In this document: positions 35,216 through 46,030 of the stretch, piece after piece | How the letters are laid out: each line of letters starts with the position of its first letter | How positions within the stretch are numbered: the first letter of the stretch is position 1 | DNA from: Epithemia pelagica | Taxonomy: Eukaryota > Protista > Bacillariophyta | Assembly: GCA_946965045.2 (NCBI GenBank) | Contig: OX337233.1 | Location: 2,294,001-2,358,000 of the forward strand | Direction of reading: 5' to 3' | DNA: 64,000 nt | Notes under the pieces: model-generated | Told to the model about the DNA's origin: nothing | What the model saw: only the letters and a program-made list of their open reading frames with translations | Databases searched by the model: none | Program-made: the position numbers and the translations under genes

Positions 35216-35827
35216 ATGGTGCATGCTCTACCGTAAGTATTAAGTGTTGTGACGGTGGTTTTCGTTTGTCGCCTCTCGTAAATCTCAGACGTGGACCCAC
35301 TGTTGATTTGATGCAGCTTAACGAAACTGGCTGGGTTGCTGATAAAAACTCTCTCAAAGCCATTATCCAAGCGTATCAAACATGAATTTTCCAGATTTGA
35401 CTCGACACAACGTCTCTTGGTTGGCATTGGACAGATCAATCATCAGATCACCAGCCGAATGACAATATGGAGCGCAGGGTACAAGGTCCGCAGCGTGAAG
35501 CAACTGGAAGACGAAAAGGCAATGAAGGAAGGTGCCGAATTCCTGGGTGAATCTGTGGTTTTCTTAGTCAGTGGTCTTGCTATCGTATTTGAGTATAACC
35601 GTTCTCAAGCTAAATCTGAGGAAAAGGATGAGATAAAACGAGCACAAGCCAAAGCAGAGCGGGAAGCGCTACAGGCGCAGCTTCTTAAAATTAATGAGAG
35701 ATTAGAAGCAATGGAGAAAAGAATACAACAAAATTCATTGAGAGACTCCCCTAGCAACCAGCCGGAAGGTCCAAGCAGGACATTTTGGTGGAATAATCTT
35801 TTCAGTTCGAATACACCTGGGTCATAA
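35216..35827 (+). CDS. OPA3: OPA3-like protein, 2 exons
   Basis: Exon 35216-35232, intron 35233-35316 (GTAAGT..TGCAG), giving MVHALPLTKLAGLLIKTLSKPLSKRIK; GAEFLGESVVF..FEY.RS motif. Confidence 0.9.
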
Positions 35828-36029
35828 CAAACATGCGACACGGCACTGGAAAGCGAAGCAACAATGAGACAATTGATGCGATAGAAGAATCAACTTTCCC
35901 GAGACGTCTTGGAATGTACCGTTTGTCAATCGAAAGGCTGTGGATCTTGTCCGTCAGGGGAACTACCCTCAGCAGAATGATGGCCACAAGCGATGTTATG
36001 CTGCATAAACATCAATATTCTTAATGAAT

Positions 36030-36986
36030 TTAAACAGATAACATCCAGCTGTATACATCCGGATTCTTTGATGCAGTTATTCCGACACAGTGTCCACGCA
36101 CTGAGCCAGTACAACCTTCCGGATCGTGCGTGTACCTTGTGTATCGAACCATGCCATTCTCTGGACGAGCATCCTGGGGATTCTCGCCTCTCAGAGACGC
36201 AACAAGTTGGTCGCTACATCGAACAGGGAATATCACGTCGTCGGCGGAGTGAAACACCCACATGGGCACGCTCCCGAGTCGGTCCAAGGCTAGCTGTGGC
36301 AGAGTTCCGGTAAACCCATAGGCAGCGACAACAACACAACGAAACCGCTGCGTCGTTGCTAGTTCCACTGCAACTGTCGCACCATCACTAAATCCAAACA
36401 GACAAATTCGAGCCTTGTCCACATTTTGAGGGCAGCCTGCAGCTTGGCCTTCCTCGCTCAGCACCCAATCCAAAAAGGCCAACACTTTACTCCGTGGTTC
36501 TTCGTAGAAAGATCGTTTTCCGTCCCCAACGTAAGGGGCCACCACGCAAAAGTTTTTGCTCAAAGTTTCGGGAGCTTGTTGCGATGCCAACAATGACGGA
36601 GCTAAGCCAGCGTGTTCGCCGTTCATGTCGGCAAGATCCAATGCAGTTTGGTCATTTTTACCAGCCCCATGAAGAACAAGAAGGAGAGGGAGCTTTTCTT
36701 TCTTGCCGTTCGTCGACGGTGCATACACTAGAGCTTCGTATGTATTCGAATCCCTGACCCGGCGCAACGAAGCCTTGGAAGGGACGAGTGGTGCGACTGC
36801 TGGAACTTCTTCTGATTTTGCTGGTACAGTTGTGGAGGTTGTCAAGACAATGCTTGCTATTGTTGAAGAAATTTGAGCAAGCTCTCGCCGATTCACCAGG
36901 TTGGGTTCAATTTGGACACCATTATTCTCTGTCATTCTGGTTCCTCCATTGGATAGTAGTAATGAGTAGAGGAGTGGCAGAAGCAT
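36030..36986 (-). CDS. Alpha/beta hydrolase (phospholipase/carboxylesterase or predicted peptidase), probably plastid-targeted
   Basis: LLLVLHGAG, nucleophile elbow GFSDG, WVFHSADD..FPV; signal peptide and NRR motif. Confidence 0.8.
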   Translation of the reverse strand: MLLPLLYSLLLSNGGTRMTENNGVQIEPNLVNRRELAQISSTIASIVLTTSTTVPAKSEEVPAVAPLVPSKASLRRVRDSNTYEALVYAPSTNGKKEKLPLLLVLHGAGKNDQTALDLADMNGEHAGLAPSLLASQQAPETLSKNFCVVAPYVGDGKRSFYEEPRSKVLAFLDWVLSEEGQAAGCPQNVDKARICLFGFSDGATVAVELATTQRFRCVVVAAYGFTGTLPQLALDRLGSVPMWVFHSADDVIFPVRCSDQLVASLRGENPQDARPENGMVRYTRYTHDPEGCTGSVRGHCVGITASKNPDVYSWMLSV

Positions 36987-37403
36987 TATCGTTTATTCTG
37001 TCGATCATTGTGATTGCGACGGTTGGAAATTTGCTTCCAATAGCTTAATGATTACATGACTCAATAAGGTTGAGGATTTTCATTTTTCTGTCTTGCGGAG
37101 ATCTTCGCAACTCAGTACTTGTTTTGTGTAGGTCTATACGACACTTCTTGGAATCCAGTCCCTTTGACGAATTTGGCCTGCCTCCTACCAAGAATGAAAA
37201 TTTCAGTTTTTCCGTTCCTTTGAAATAAGCCCGGGCTCGACGATTTCCAAATGAGATTTTATTGAGCGCCAACATTAATTCTCAAGCAAAACCCCATGAC
37301 CCCAGACGGAGTCGATTTTGTCAATTGTTGATTGACTATATCGAAGGAGCACTGGCACAAGCTGGAGGCAAGAGCCTGAAACTACTGCGCATATCGTACG
37401 ACA

Positions 37404-38561
37404 ATGGTTCGTTTTGGTTTCCGACGATCGCATCCATCGTCTGATAACGATGCACAAGGTGTTCATCTACAGGAACCCGCACCTCTCGAGAGCGATAGGT
37501 CGTTTGGAGTGTTGAATCGCATTTTTTGTGGGAGGCATCGAAAATTTCTCAAAGATGAAGATCGTGGTTTTCGAAGGACGACAGGATCGTTCAGTCATTT
37601 TGAAAATCAAAAGGTGGATACCCCCGCTAAAAACACAGAGCAATTCAGAAGATCGCAGTCGGCTTCCATCTCAGGAAAAGAGAGTGATCTTTGGCACGAT
37701 TGGAGAAAAAAGCCGGATTCTCTAAAAAAGACACGTTCAGGGAACAATACAACACTCTCAGACGATCTTGGCGATGATGCAATTGTGGTAACAGCCATCC
37801 ACAAATTGGGCGTCCTTCGTGGTCGTAGTTTGACCAGACGCTCGTTCGCGGACGAGAATAAGGAACCACTGGCTGCTGCAGATATGATGATATCACCAGT
37901 CGGATCTTTCATGTCAGCGACAAGTAGAAAAGAAAACAAAACAAAGACCCCTTACGAGTTCACCACCTCGCTTTCTCCACCCCATGAGTACATTGAATCA
38001 GAGGATTTGGAAGAAATTGACTTCACCCAGACCGAAGAGGCGCCACCACCAGCAACACGTCTTTTGTTCTTTCCTCTTGACCAACACCTCGATAATGCAG
38101 CGTCGATGGTCTCGATGGGGTCTGGATTCGACGATGATACAGAAACCGATGTTCCGCTGGTGGCAGATGTTATTGTCCATCATGATCTTGTCAGTGAGAA
38201 CGACCGGGAATCGACTACGGATATGTCGGCAAGACATGATCAGTATGTGGTTGCAGATACTACGGAAGAAAATCATCAGCAAGTGGACACACAAAGTCGA
38301 GTGAACACAGAGACATCCTACCATGCCAATGCGTCCCGGGAAGGTTGTACGGCATCTACCACCAATGATGAGTGCACCCTGGAAACTGAATCGACAAGGT
38401 CCTCGACAAAGATGACTCTTGATATGTATGATGAAGAGGACGAACTCCCCCAACTTGGAGGTCTATGTAGTCCTCTTTCGTTGGATCAAGGCGTACAAAT
38501 TATCGCCGGCTTGGTTCTGCAACGAAACAACGTGGAATGCGGAGAATTCGACAAACCATAG
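37404..38561 (+). CDS. Hypothetical disordered protein
   Basis: 385-aa ATG-initiated ORF with S/T/D/E-rich composition; no recognisable domain. Confidence 0.55.
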   Translation: MVRFGFRRSHPSSDNDAQGVHLQEPAPLESDRSFGVLNRIFCGRHRKFLKDEDRGFRRTTGSFSHFENQKVDTPAKNTEQFRRSQSASISGKESDLWHDWRKKPDSLKKTRSGNNTTLSDDLGDDAIVVTAIHKLGVLRGRSLTRRSFADENKEPLAAADMMISPVGSFMSATSRKENKTKTPYEFTTSLSPPHEYIESEDLEEIDFTQTEEAPPPATRLLFFPLDQHLDNAASMVSMGSGFDDDTETDVPLVADVIVHHDLVSENDRESTTDMSARHDQYVVADTTEENHQQVDTQSRVNTETSYHANASREGCTASTTNDECTLETESTRSSTKMTLDMYDEEDELPQLGGLCSPLSLDQGVQIIAGLVLQRNNVECGEFDKP

Positions 38562-39530
38562 TGGCAACATTTTTTAAGAAATATAAGTGTAAACTCTTGT
38601 ATCTGTTTTGTTACTTTCATTTTTCGCTGGCTCTGGTGTGTCTGGTGCACTCTAAGTTCGCTGTTGCTCTATCAGTTTTTCTGGACCATGAACGCGGCCC
38701 TCAAGACAAGCTCATACAAGTAGCAAGAGATCGGTCGGCCGCGGCCGTAGAGAAGCATCGGCTGGAGAGCAGAGGAACGAATGTTCGCCGCCGATTTACG
38801 CGTATCGATCGCCCGCATGGATTCTTCCGCCAAGTCAGGCGGTTGATAGCCGTAGATTTTGACAATCTTGTTTTCAATGGGGTCCGAAAAGAATTTGTTA
38901 GCGGACACTCCTTCCGCTTCCAAGTGAGGAACACTACTTAGTTCACTCAAGGAAGTTCATGCCAAGTATCCCACAAAGAATTGACAATATTCCTTGGTGT
39001 CCCTACCGGTACCGACGGCACTTTCATCGGTTCCAAAATGAAGGAAATGACTTGCAGAAATGTCCCAAAAAAGGGCGCGCGCAAGAAGATAGGGAAAATT
39101 CCGGATGCTCACCCGGCTACAGCGACACGGGACACGGGACACAGTACCGAAGATTTTGGTCCCAAGACCCAAGACCCAAGACCCAAACCTATTGCTATTT
39201 GCCCCCTTTTTTCTGTCCCAGAATAGAAGAAAAAAATTCGCGAAATCAGGATGGATGTGTCCAAGACGGAGTTTGGACCCTTTTATGCACAATCAGGGTC
39301 ATAGGCAATATTGTAGATTAGGGACGCAACAAGAAATTAGGGCGGCTAAGAGGACACTTCTACGGGTAGATAGGTTTTGCAACGGGGAGGACTCCGTCCG
39401 CCATGAACATGTACCTTAACACTAATGAAATCGTGTTATTTTTTGACGACAAGGGAACGAGAACGCGAACCAGTCGTCTGTGTGTGGTATTTCGTTTCCT
39501 CATTTCTGAAACGTGACGCAGGGCCATTGT

Positions 39531-39912
39531 AGTAGGCTTATCAATCGGGTTCAACCCGATCTAATCGGGCTCAACCCGATCTAATCGGGTTCAACCCGAT
39601 CTAATCGGGCTCAACCCGATCTAATCGGGTTCAACCCGATCTAGTCGGGCTCAACCCGATCTAATGATGATTACTATGGGATTTAACACGGTGTCAACCC
39701 GATCTAATCGGGTTCAACCCGATCTAATCGGGTTCAACCCGATCTAATCGGGCTCAACCCGATCTAATCGGGCTCAACCCGATCTAGTCGGGCTCAACCC
39801 GATCTAGTCGGGCTCAACCCGATCTAGTCGGGCTCAACCCGATTAGATTGGGCACGACTTTTCCACATTATTCTTAAACAGCCCCTGGTCCCGGGGCTAT
39901 TGAAAGCCTACT
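39531..39912. mobile_element. Non-autonomous inverted-repeat-bounded element carrying a palindromic minisatellite
   Basis: AGTAGGCTTATCAAT (39531-39545) versus ATTGAAAGCCTACT (39899-39912): inverted, 1 indel. Encloses the 20-bp array and a GC hairpin AGCCCC..GGGGCT (39880-39898). TSD ambiguous. Confidence 0.6.
39543..39843. repeat. Tandem array of palindromic 20-mer CTA(A/G)TCGGG(T/C)TCAACCCGAT, ~13.5 copies
   Basis: 6 units, a 28-nt unique interruption (39666-39693), a half unit, then 7 units. Core ATCGGGTT-C-AACCCGAT is self-complementary. Confidence 0.97.
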
Positions 39913-40095
39913 TTGAAAATTTCGTCGTCTCACATTTTGTCACTTGAGGGCAAATACTGGAAACTGGAATCCTCACTGGCTTGGGACAGCTGATACAACA
40001 TACAACTAGTCATACTCCTACATATTAAAAACTACTAGGAGTACCTAGCAACAAAACACAACATATTAACTACTCTAGTGGCACTACCATATCTA

Positions 40096-40513
40096 GTGCC
40101 TTCTATCTGGGTGTGCCCATTACGGGCGAAAACGTACCATTGGGCACATAGTTCAACTAGATAGAACTCAACCAATATTGGGCCTCCGGCAACACGCAGA
40201 TGCTCAAACTTTTTCCTTAACACATCCTCTGTCACCATTGGATACTCCATGACACCCATCTATGACATATCACATTGGATTCCAAGTGTGCCCACATGCC
40301 TAAAATTGAGCACAATGGAGGTCCTCATATGACCTAGATATGTCATAGATGGGTGTCATGGAGTATCCAATGGTGACAGAGGATGTGTTAAGGAAAAAGT
40401 TTGAACATCTACATGTTGCCGTAGGTCTAATATTGGTTGAGTTCTATCTAGTAGAAACTATGTGCCCAATGGTACGTTTTCGCCCGTAATGGGCACACCC
40501 AGAAAGAAGGCAC
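40096..40513. mobile_element. Fold-back element (long-TIR MITE-like)
   Basis: Arms 40096-40271 and 40337-40513 are reverse complements (few substitutions, mostly transitions, 1 indel) around a 65-bp spacer; TA (within CTAG) on both flanks. Confidence 0.85.
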
Positions 40514-40661
40514 TAGAAGATCGGGCCCCTATCTCATGGTCCGGGCGGACGGGTCGATTTCCCCAAACTCCGACACATATCTGTATCTTGTGACCGTGGC
40601 CGTTGGGGCTTACACTTACACCTTGCAAACATAATGTCACCTGCATGTGGCATGAGACACC

Positions 40662-42511
40662 ATGGCCTCTTCCAAGGCTGACGACGAGAGTTCAATTGCG
40701 CATTATATTTCCGTTATATCTGGACAATGGAGGGGAACAAAAGACAAAGCGGAGCATGATGTCGAAACAAACAAGGCTGGCAGCAACGAAGATTTGCACA
40801 ATGCGAAGCCCCAAATTGACGACGAGGTCGATGCCGGCAGCCAACCACAAGATTTGGAAATTGTTGGAACTGGTGTGACACAGGAAAGCGATGGTGATGA
40901 TTCGTTTTATGACTGCTCGCCACTGGAAGATGAAACACCTGAAAGAGCGCTCCGTCAAAGTCAAAGTAGGGCAAGTGCGGCGGATGATGAAAAACTGCCG
41001 AACAAAGCTTTCGAGAGAATGTCCAACAGTCGATGCTGTGGAGTTTGCCTCAAAAGATTCCCCCGCACTTGTGCCGTTGTGGTTGGGGTCGTTCTTCCCC
41101 TTTTTGTGCTGATTCTTTTTAGCCTCGCGTTTGGTACCGCGCTCTGTGAGTATGAAGCGCCCCCGGAGTTTCATGAGAATGATTTCAAGCTTGCTCGACA
41201 GTATTTCGCCAATATTTCTACAATGGCCATTGTAAACCTTACAATGGATCTCCCTCGAGTTTGCTTCACACACTATTTATCTGAAGCAAACAATACGGAC
41301 GGATTGCAGCCTCTTCCTGTTGATCCGAATATTACTGAACTGATCAGGCCTATTTTGACAAGCTTTCGATCACATTCTTCAGACGCTCTTCCTTCCTTGC
41401 TTGTACCGGATCGTTACGAAGCTCCCTTTGAATTTGATCCTGAAACAATTATCATTAACGCCACGGAATTCTACTTATATGTCACCCTTTGCGGTCAATC
41501 TGGAGAGGATCTCATGAGCGACCTTTTGCGACAAACAATAGAAAACTCCATCGAAGCGTCTGAGCCCCTTACTTTTAACTGGATAAGGTGCTTTGAAAAT
41601 GCAGATAGTGGTGACCGTAATTACAATGGAGAGGGGCTAGATGCAAAAGAAAGGTCAGTTGAGGGACAATCAGTAATTTACACAGATGCTTGGGAACAAG
41701 ATCGAGAAGAGCTATTCAACGAGTACTACAATCAGTTTCTAGAGGATGGTGTTGATCCCGTCATAGCACTTGCCAATGCCTCAATTGATGCCGCCAACGA
41801 TGCAACTGGAAGACATAGCTGTGAGCTGAACGCACCCGCGGCCGCCTGGTTCTGGTTCACCGTACAAACGACGGTACGAATATGTCTCAGTCTTGTGGAC
41901 AATATCGAAAGTTTGCTGTCTCATCGTTGTTCGTTCTATTTGCATATCTATCTCAGGTCGGTTATGGAAATACACCTCCTACAACTACGGAGAGTCGGGC
42001 AATGGTGTACACCGTAGGATTTGTTTCCATTCTGGCGTTCGGAGGTGTCCTGGCAGCCGGTGGATACATTTTATCCTATCTTTTTGACGACTTTGTGGTG
42101 CGGTACGGCATGGCCTTTTTGAGCAAACCCTGGGTTGGATGTCTTCTATGGGGTGGAGTTTACTATCTATGGATGCTGTTGATTGCTCAATACACGATCC
42201 TGTGGAAGAAGAGAAGACTGGACGAGGACTTTGACCTGAGAGATGCCTACTGGTTTGCCTATATATCGACAACGACCGTGGGTTTTGGTGACTTTTACCT
42301 CGAGCCGGAAGGTATCATTGGGTCGGATTTGGTCGTGTTTCCTCTTTTGTTTTTGATTGGTTTTATGTATGTTGCAGCGTTTATTGGGAAACTCGCCGAA
42401 CTTATCATGAGTCTTCTTCGGAAAAATCGCAAAAGCTTTGTCGATTCCCTGCTCGAAACCCATGTAGGTTGGAGTGAAGCACTTGCTGTGAATTGCGCTG
42501 CTCCACAATAA
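40662..42511 (+). CDS. Two-pore-domain potassium channel (K2P/TPK-like), 2 exons
   Basis: P1 WFWFTVQTT|VGYGN split by intron 41874-41956; P2 AYWFAYISTTTVGFGD; four TM segments. Confidence 0.92.
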
Positions 42512-42634
42512 TATATATGGGAATTTTCTTGGAAGGGGACCTTTGTTAGAACCACTTCATTGGAACGCAGCTCACAGCTCGCTCATCACTGCTACGAACC
42601 CAAGTGTTGCTATAGGAAACGTTCTTTGTATGTA

Positions 42635-44197
42635 CTAGAGTTCATCTCTCTCTCCCACCTGAGGAGGAGCCACATCATCATCATCATCATCATCATCCAT
42701 AGTCTCGGATGCAATTGCGTGATCCTCAGCAGAAATCACAGTGCACTCTTGTTCATGGATCAATCGTTTCCGTGTCGCACTAAATGCCATATTGGGTAGC
42801 ACATCGGCCTGTAGCATGTAGAAGCTAAACTTGATCAATTCCCGTCCTGGGTCGTTGCGAGCCTCGTTTTGATTCCATTCTTTACAAAGATATCCCCAGA
42901 GAGCTTGTCCATCTCGTCCCTCCAGACCGGCCAAGTAGGGAAAGGACCTCCATCGTCCCGGTCGTGCCGTGGACGTGGAGGGGGCTCCGGTTCCCGGCAT
43001 GGCCCAGAGCACCGGTTTCCCTCGTGCCCAAATATCCACCACCGATCCGTCGGCTAACAACCCTGGTGCAATCTCCCACGTCACATATTCCTCCGCACCC
43101 ACAAAGACATTCCATCGATTGTGCAACAGGGTTGCCCATATATGTTTCACGCTTTGATGACACGCATCACTAAAGCCGTCGATCCAAAGACTTCCCATGG
43201 CCATGGAACCCAAACAGAGAGCCGCAACAGCATTATACCACTGATCCGAATTTCTACGTCTCTTTTCCATGGGTTTCTCATTTGCTTTGATACTTTCTTG
43301 GTTCCGTGTATTGGAAGCAGGCGGCAAAAACACACTCCATGGAACACAGGCAACAAAGGAAAGTAAGGCGGCATTGTTCATGCACAAGGCAATGCCCACA
43401 TGGAGTGAACAAATGAGCGAGATTGACAAATAGATAATCCAGCGACGACCCATGAAGCATCCCAACATTGAAACTGGAGCAGCAAACAGTTCCACCCAAA
43501 CAACAACTGGCGTCAAGAAGCGCAGACCCTCGGGCCCCAAAAGTGCATAGACGTAACGCGCCGCGGTAGTATGCCGGGTATACGTATCCAAGGCCGGCAA
43601 GGGATCGGCACCATAAGACCAGCCACCCAGTGGATCCATCCATTTTCCACCTCCTGCATCGAGATATATCCAAAACAACAGCAGTTTGATCGAGACTGTT
43701 GCCGGACTCAGAACCCACTCAGCTTCTTGATCCAGTGAGGTTTGTCGTGTGGTCGTCGGGTGCTGCCGTTTCCCAGATAATGGTAGAAATATGGCATGCA
43801 GGAGCAAGTAATGAAAATACCGATCAAGAATGTAGTTCATCCATGTATTTCGAAGAGTCAAACTGAAATACAGAAACCAGGAAAGAAATGCAGTCCATCT
43901 CGGTCGAATGCCCAACGTAAACAGGATTGCCAGGGCCACTTGAAGTGAAAGAAGCAATTGTTGCTGCCAAACATGTCCAAAGTAGCAGTGAACACATACC
44001 CACTGATAAATTTGATCCACTTTGGGTAACAAGAGATCCAATGGCAATGTGCCGTCGTCGGAATAAAATGGGCGGAGATAACGAAATCGAAGGATCAATT
44101 CCAGAGTCAACAGACATCCCAAACCGATTCGATAAACTCGGAGTGAATTATGAGTACAAGACCAAATGATCTTCCATCCTCCCTGAAAAGGCGGCAT
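42635..44197 (-). CDS. HTTM-domain (vitamin K-dependent gamma-carboxylase-like) membrane protein
   Basis: YRIGLG..FYSDDG, multiple TMs, ELFAAP, SLHVGIALCM, and a C-terminal soluble domain (GRWRSF). Intronless 520 aa. Confidence 0.75.
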   Translation of the reverse strand: MPPFQGGWKIIWSCTHNSLRVYRIGLGCLLTLELILRFRYLRPFYSDDGTLPLDLLLPKVDQIYQWVCVHCYFGHVWQQQLLLSLQVALAILFTLGIRPRWTAFLSWFLYFSLTLRNTWMNYILDRYFHYLLLHAIFLPLSGKRQHPTTTRQTSLDQEAEWVLSPATVSIKLLLFWIYLDAGGGKWMDPLGGWSYGADPLPALDTYTRHTTAARYVYALLGPEGLRFLTPVVVWVELFAAPVSMLGCFMGRRWIIYLSISLICSLHVGIALCMNNAALLSFVACVPWSVFLPPASNTRNQESIKANEKPMEKRRRNSDQWYNAVAALCLGSMAMGSLWIDGFSDACHQSVKHIWATLLHNRWNVFVGAEEYVTWEIAPGLLADGSVVDIWARGKPVLWAMPGTGAPSTSTARPGRWRSFPYLAGLEGRDGQALWGYLCKEWNQNEARNDPGRELIKFSFYMLQADVLPNMAFSATRKRLIHEQECTVISAEDHAIASETMDDDDDDDDVAPPQVGERDEL

Positions 44198-44252
44198 TCT
44201 CTCTTATCTCCTTGCTGGAAAGGCCTCCCCCCTTTTTGGAAGATCTCTGATG

Positions 44253-45242
44253 AAAAAAAAAAAAGGTACAGTCTATTTTAACGCTGCCGCGCGCACCCGC
44301 TAGGGTGACGTCGACCGACGCGCCCGGCTCCACACAAAATGAGGAGCGAGGACTAAACATGACGGGACAAGTTGTGAGGACGGGACAGAGAGTAGAAATC
44401 GGTTACAAGGGTGGGGCAGCATCCCTGAGAATGACAGGGCGCCAGGTATTGATCCAAGAGCGAAGAGAAACAGCAGTAGTTTCCGCTGCGAAATGAGCAG
44501 CGGTAGACGAGTAGAAAATATCGCGTTCAGAGGGCGGGAGACGGGTGCGGAATTCGTATAAAGTCGTGACCTCGCGTTGTGCTTGGGCGTAAGATGCGGC
44601 TTCAACTGTTTGGGGTGAATTACCATGAAGGTTGTGGTTTCGAGTGATCCATAGAGCATGGATGTGTTTCCATAAGAGTTTAATTGTGCCAGTAACAAAA
44701 TGAGTCCCGGAGACTGTGCGTGAATGTTGATGGTTGGTGGAGAGATAGTTGTCTTGAAGATTGCGCCATTGAATAGTGAAGCGGCCAAGAAAGATGTGAG
44801 CGTATCCGATAAGTTGTTGTTGAGTTACCAGCGATTGATATGAGAGGGAGAGGGTGGGAAAAGACGGTGGAACGTTGGCGAGCCAAGAGTGAATAATCTC
44901 CACAAGTAGTAGGTTCAGAGTTGGGTCGAGGGATTGGAGACGCCAGAAATCTTGCAGTTCGTCAAGAAGAGGTCCTTTCCATTGTCGGTGAGGACAACAA
45001 AGAAAGTGAGAGCGAGTCTCAACAACAGAGGGAGTGTAGAGGGGGCATGTTTCTGTGTAGTAAGTGGCGTAACGAGAACAAAGATAGCCAAGGGGAAGCC
45101 AGTCATGGAGAAACTTAATATGGAATTGTCAACGGGTGAAAACAGTCGTGATAGCGCGTCCGTGTGCCGTCCAATCAATCATCTCGAAAGTCTCGAGCGA
45201 CCACTCGTTGCGATTGCATAAATATTGGCGTAAAGCTTTCCA
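44253..45242 (-). mobile_element. 3' part of a 5'-truncated non-LTR retrotransposon (zinc-knuckle region and 3' UTR)
   Basis: Frame reads ..EW..TFEMIDWTAHG..R*QFHIKFLHDWLPLG..CPLY..ETRSHFLCC.. to stop 44403, with an in-frame TGA at 45129-45131. 3' UTR ends in T12 on the coding strand. Confidence 0.75.
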
Positions 45243-45247
45243 TGTAG

Positions 45248-46030
45248 TGTTACAATGCTTTCTGAATCGTAGGGACATTGATGCTCGGTAGAGCAGACAA
45301 TCAGGTAGGTCACCAACCGATACAAGCTTCTCAGGGTCAGAGAAGCAAGCAAGTCGTAGTCTATCAAAAGGATAGTCGGGACACAAAAGAAGATGTGATA
45401 AATGGTGATATTGTTAGATTGTGTGTTGATTACTACGATAGGTCTACGTGAAATGTTCGGTCCTGCCAAGGGTCATGTGTCATAGGTTCTTGGCGGCAAC
45501 AGGTTTGGAATAGTTGGAGTCGATTCATGTGATGTATATGACATGTATATGTGGACGGATAACATATACAGGGTCAACAGCTCTTGCTTTGGATTGGCAT
45601 AGTTGTTTTCATGGCGCGCAGCTTGTTGACAATTTGGAGATTGTGGGAATGGAAATATGGTCTCGCGTGATCGTGTGTCGTACTTGGGATACTTAGACCG
45701 TTGGGTCGGATAGATGCCGACAGCGCTCGGATGTCGCTTGGGCGCGCTCGATGATTTCGGGCGCGTACGCTTAGGGCGTTAGTATAATGTCCGAGCAACG
45801 GCCAAATTTACGTCCGTTGTAATACCGCACGACCCAGTTTAGTCTTGAGAGTGAGTTCGTCAATCTATTCTCACTTTTCATGATTTGCGAAGAAATATAG
45901 GTCGATATAGTGCGAAGCTAGGGAACATAGCTCGAAGCTAGATGGCATGATGCGATAGCACGAGGCTATGTGACATGGGGAATCGATGAGATGTAGAATC
46001 TAACCACCATAGACGGTGAGAATTCTAACA
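45248..46030 (-). repeat. 3' LTR (783 bp)
   Basis: Direct repeat of 52849-53630; by eye 4 substitutions and 1 indel. Confidence 0.97.

Noticed and set aside
38672-39420. 92-aa ORF and CCCAAGA x3 / GGGACAC x2 micro-repeats as a gene or TE
   Set aside because: No ATG start, no domain, and no convincing termini or TSD.
39543-39843. CRISPR array
   Set aside because: Repeats are head-to-tail with only one unique insert, there are no cas genes, and the context is eukaryotic.
44319-44328. GCCGGGCGCG resembling the 7SL/Alu 5' end
   Set aside because: Only 10 nt of GC-rich match; the rest does not fit SRP RNA.
45514-45798. Small ORFs repeated at 53114-53398
   Set aside because: They recur only because they lie in the two LTRs; no evidence of coding.
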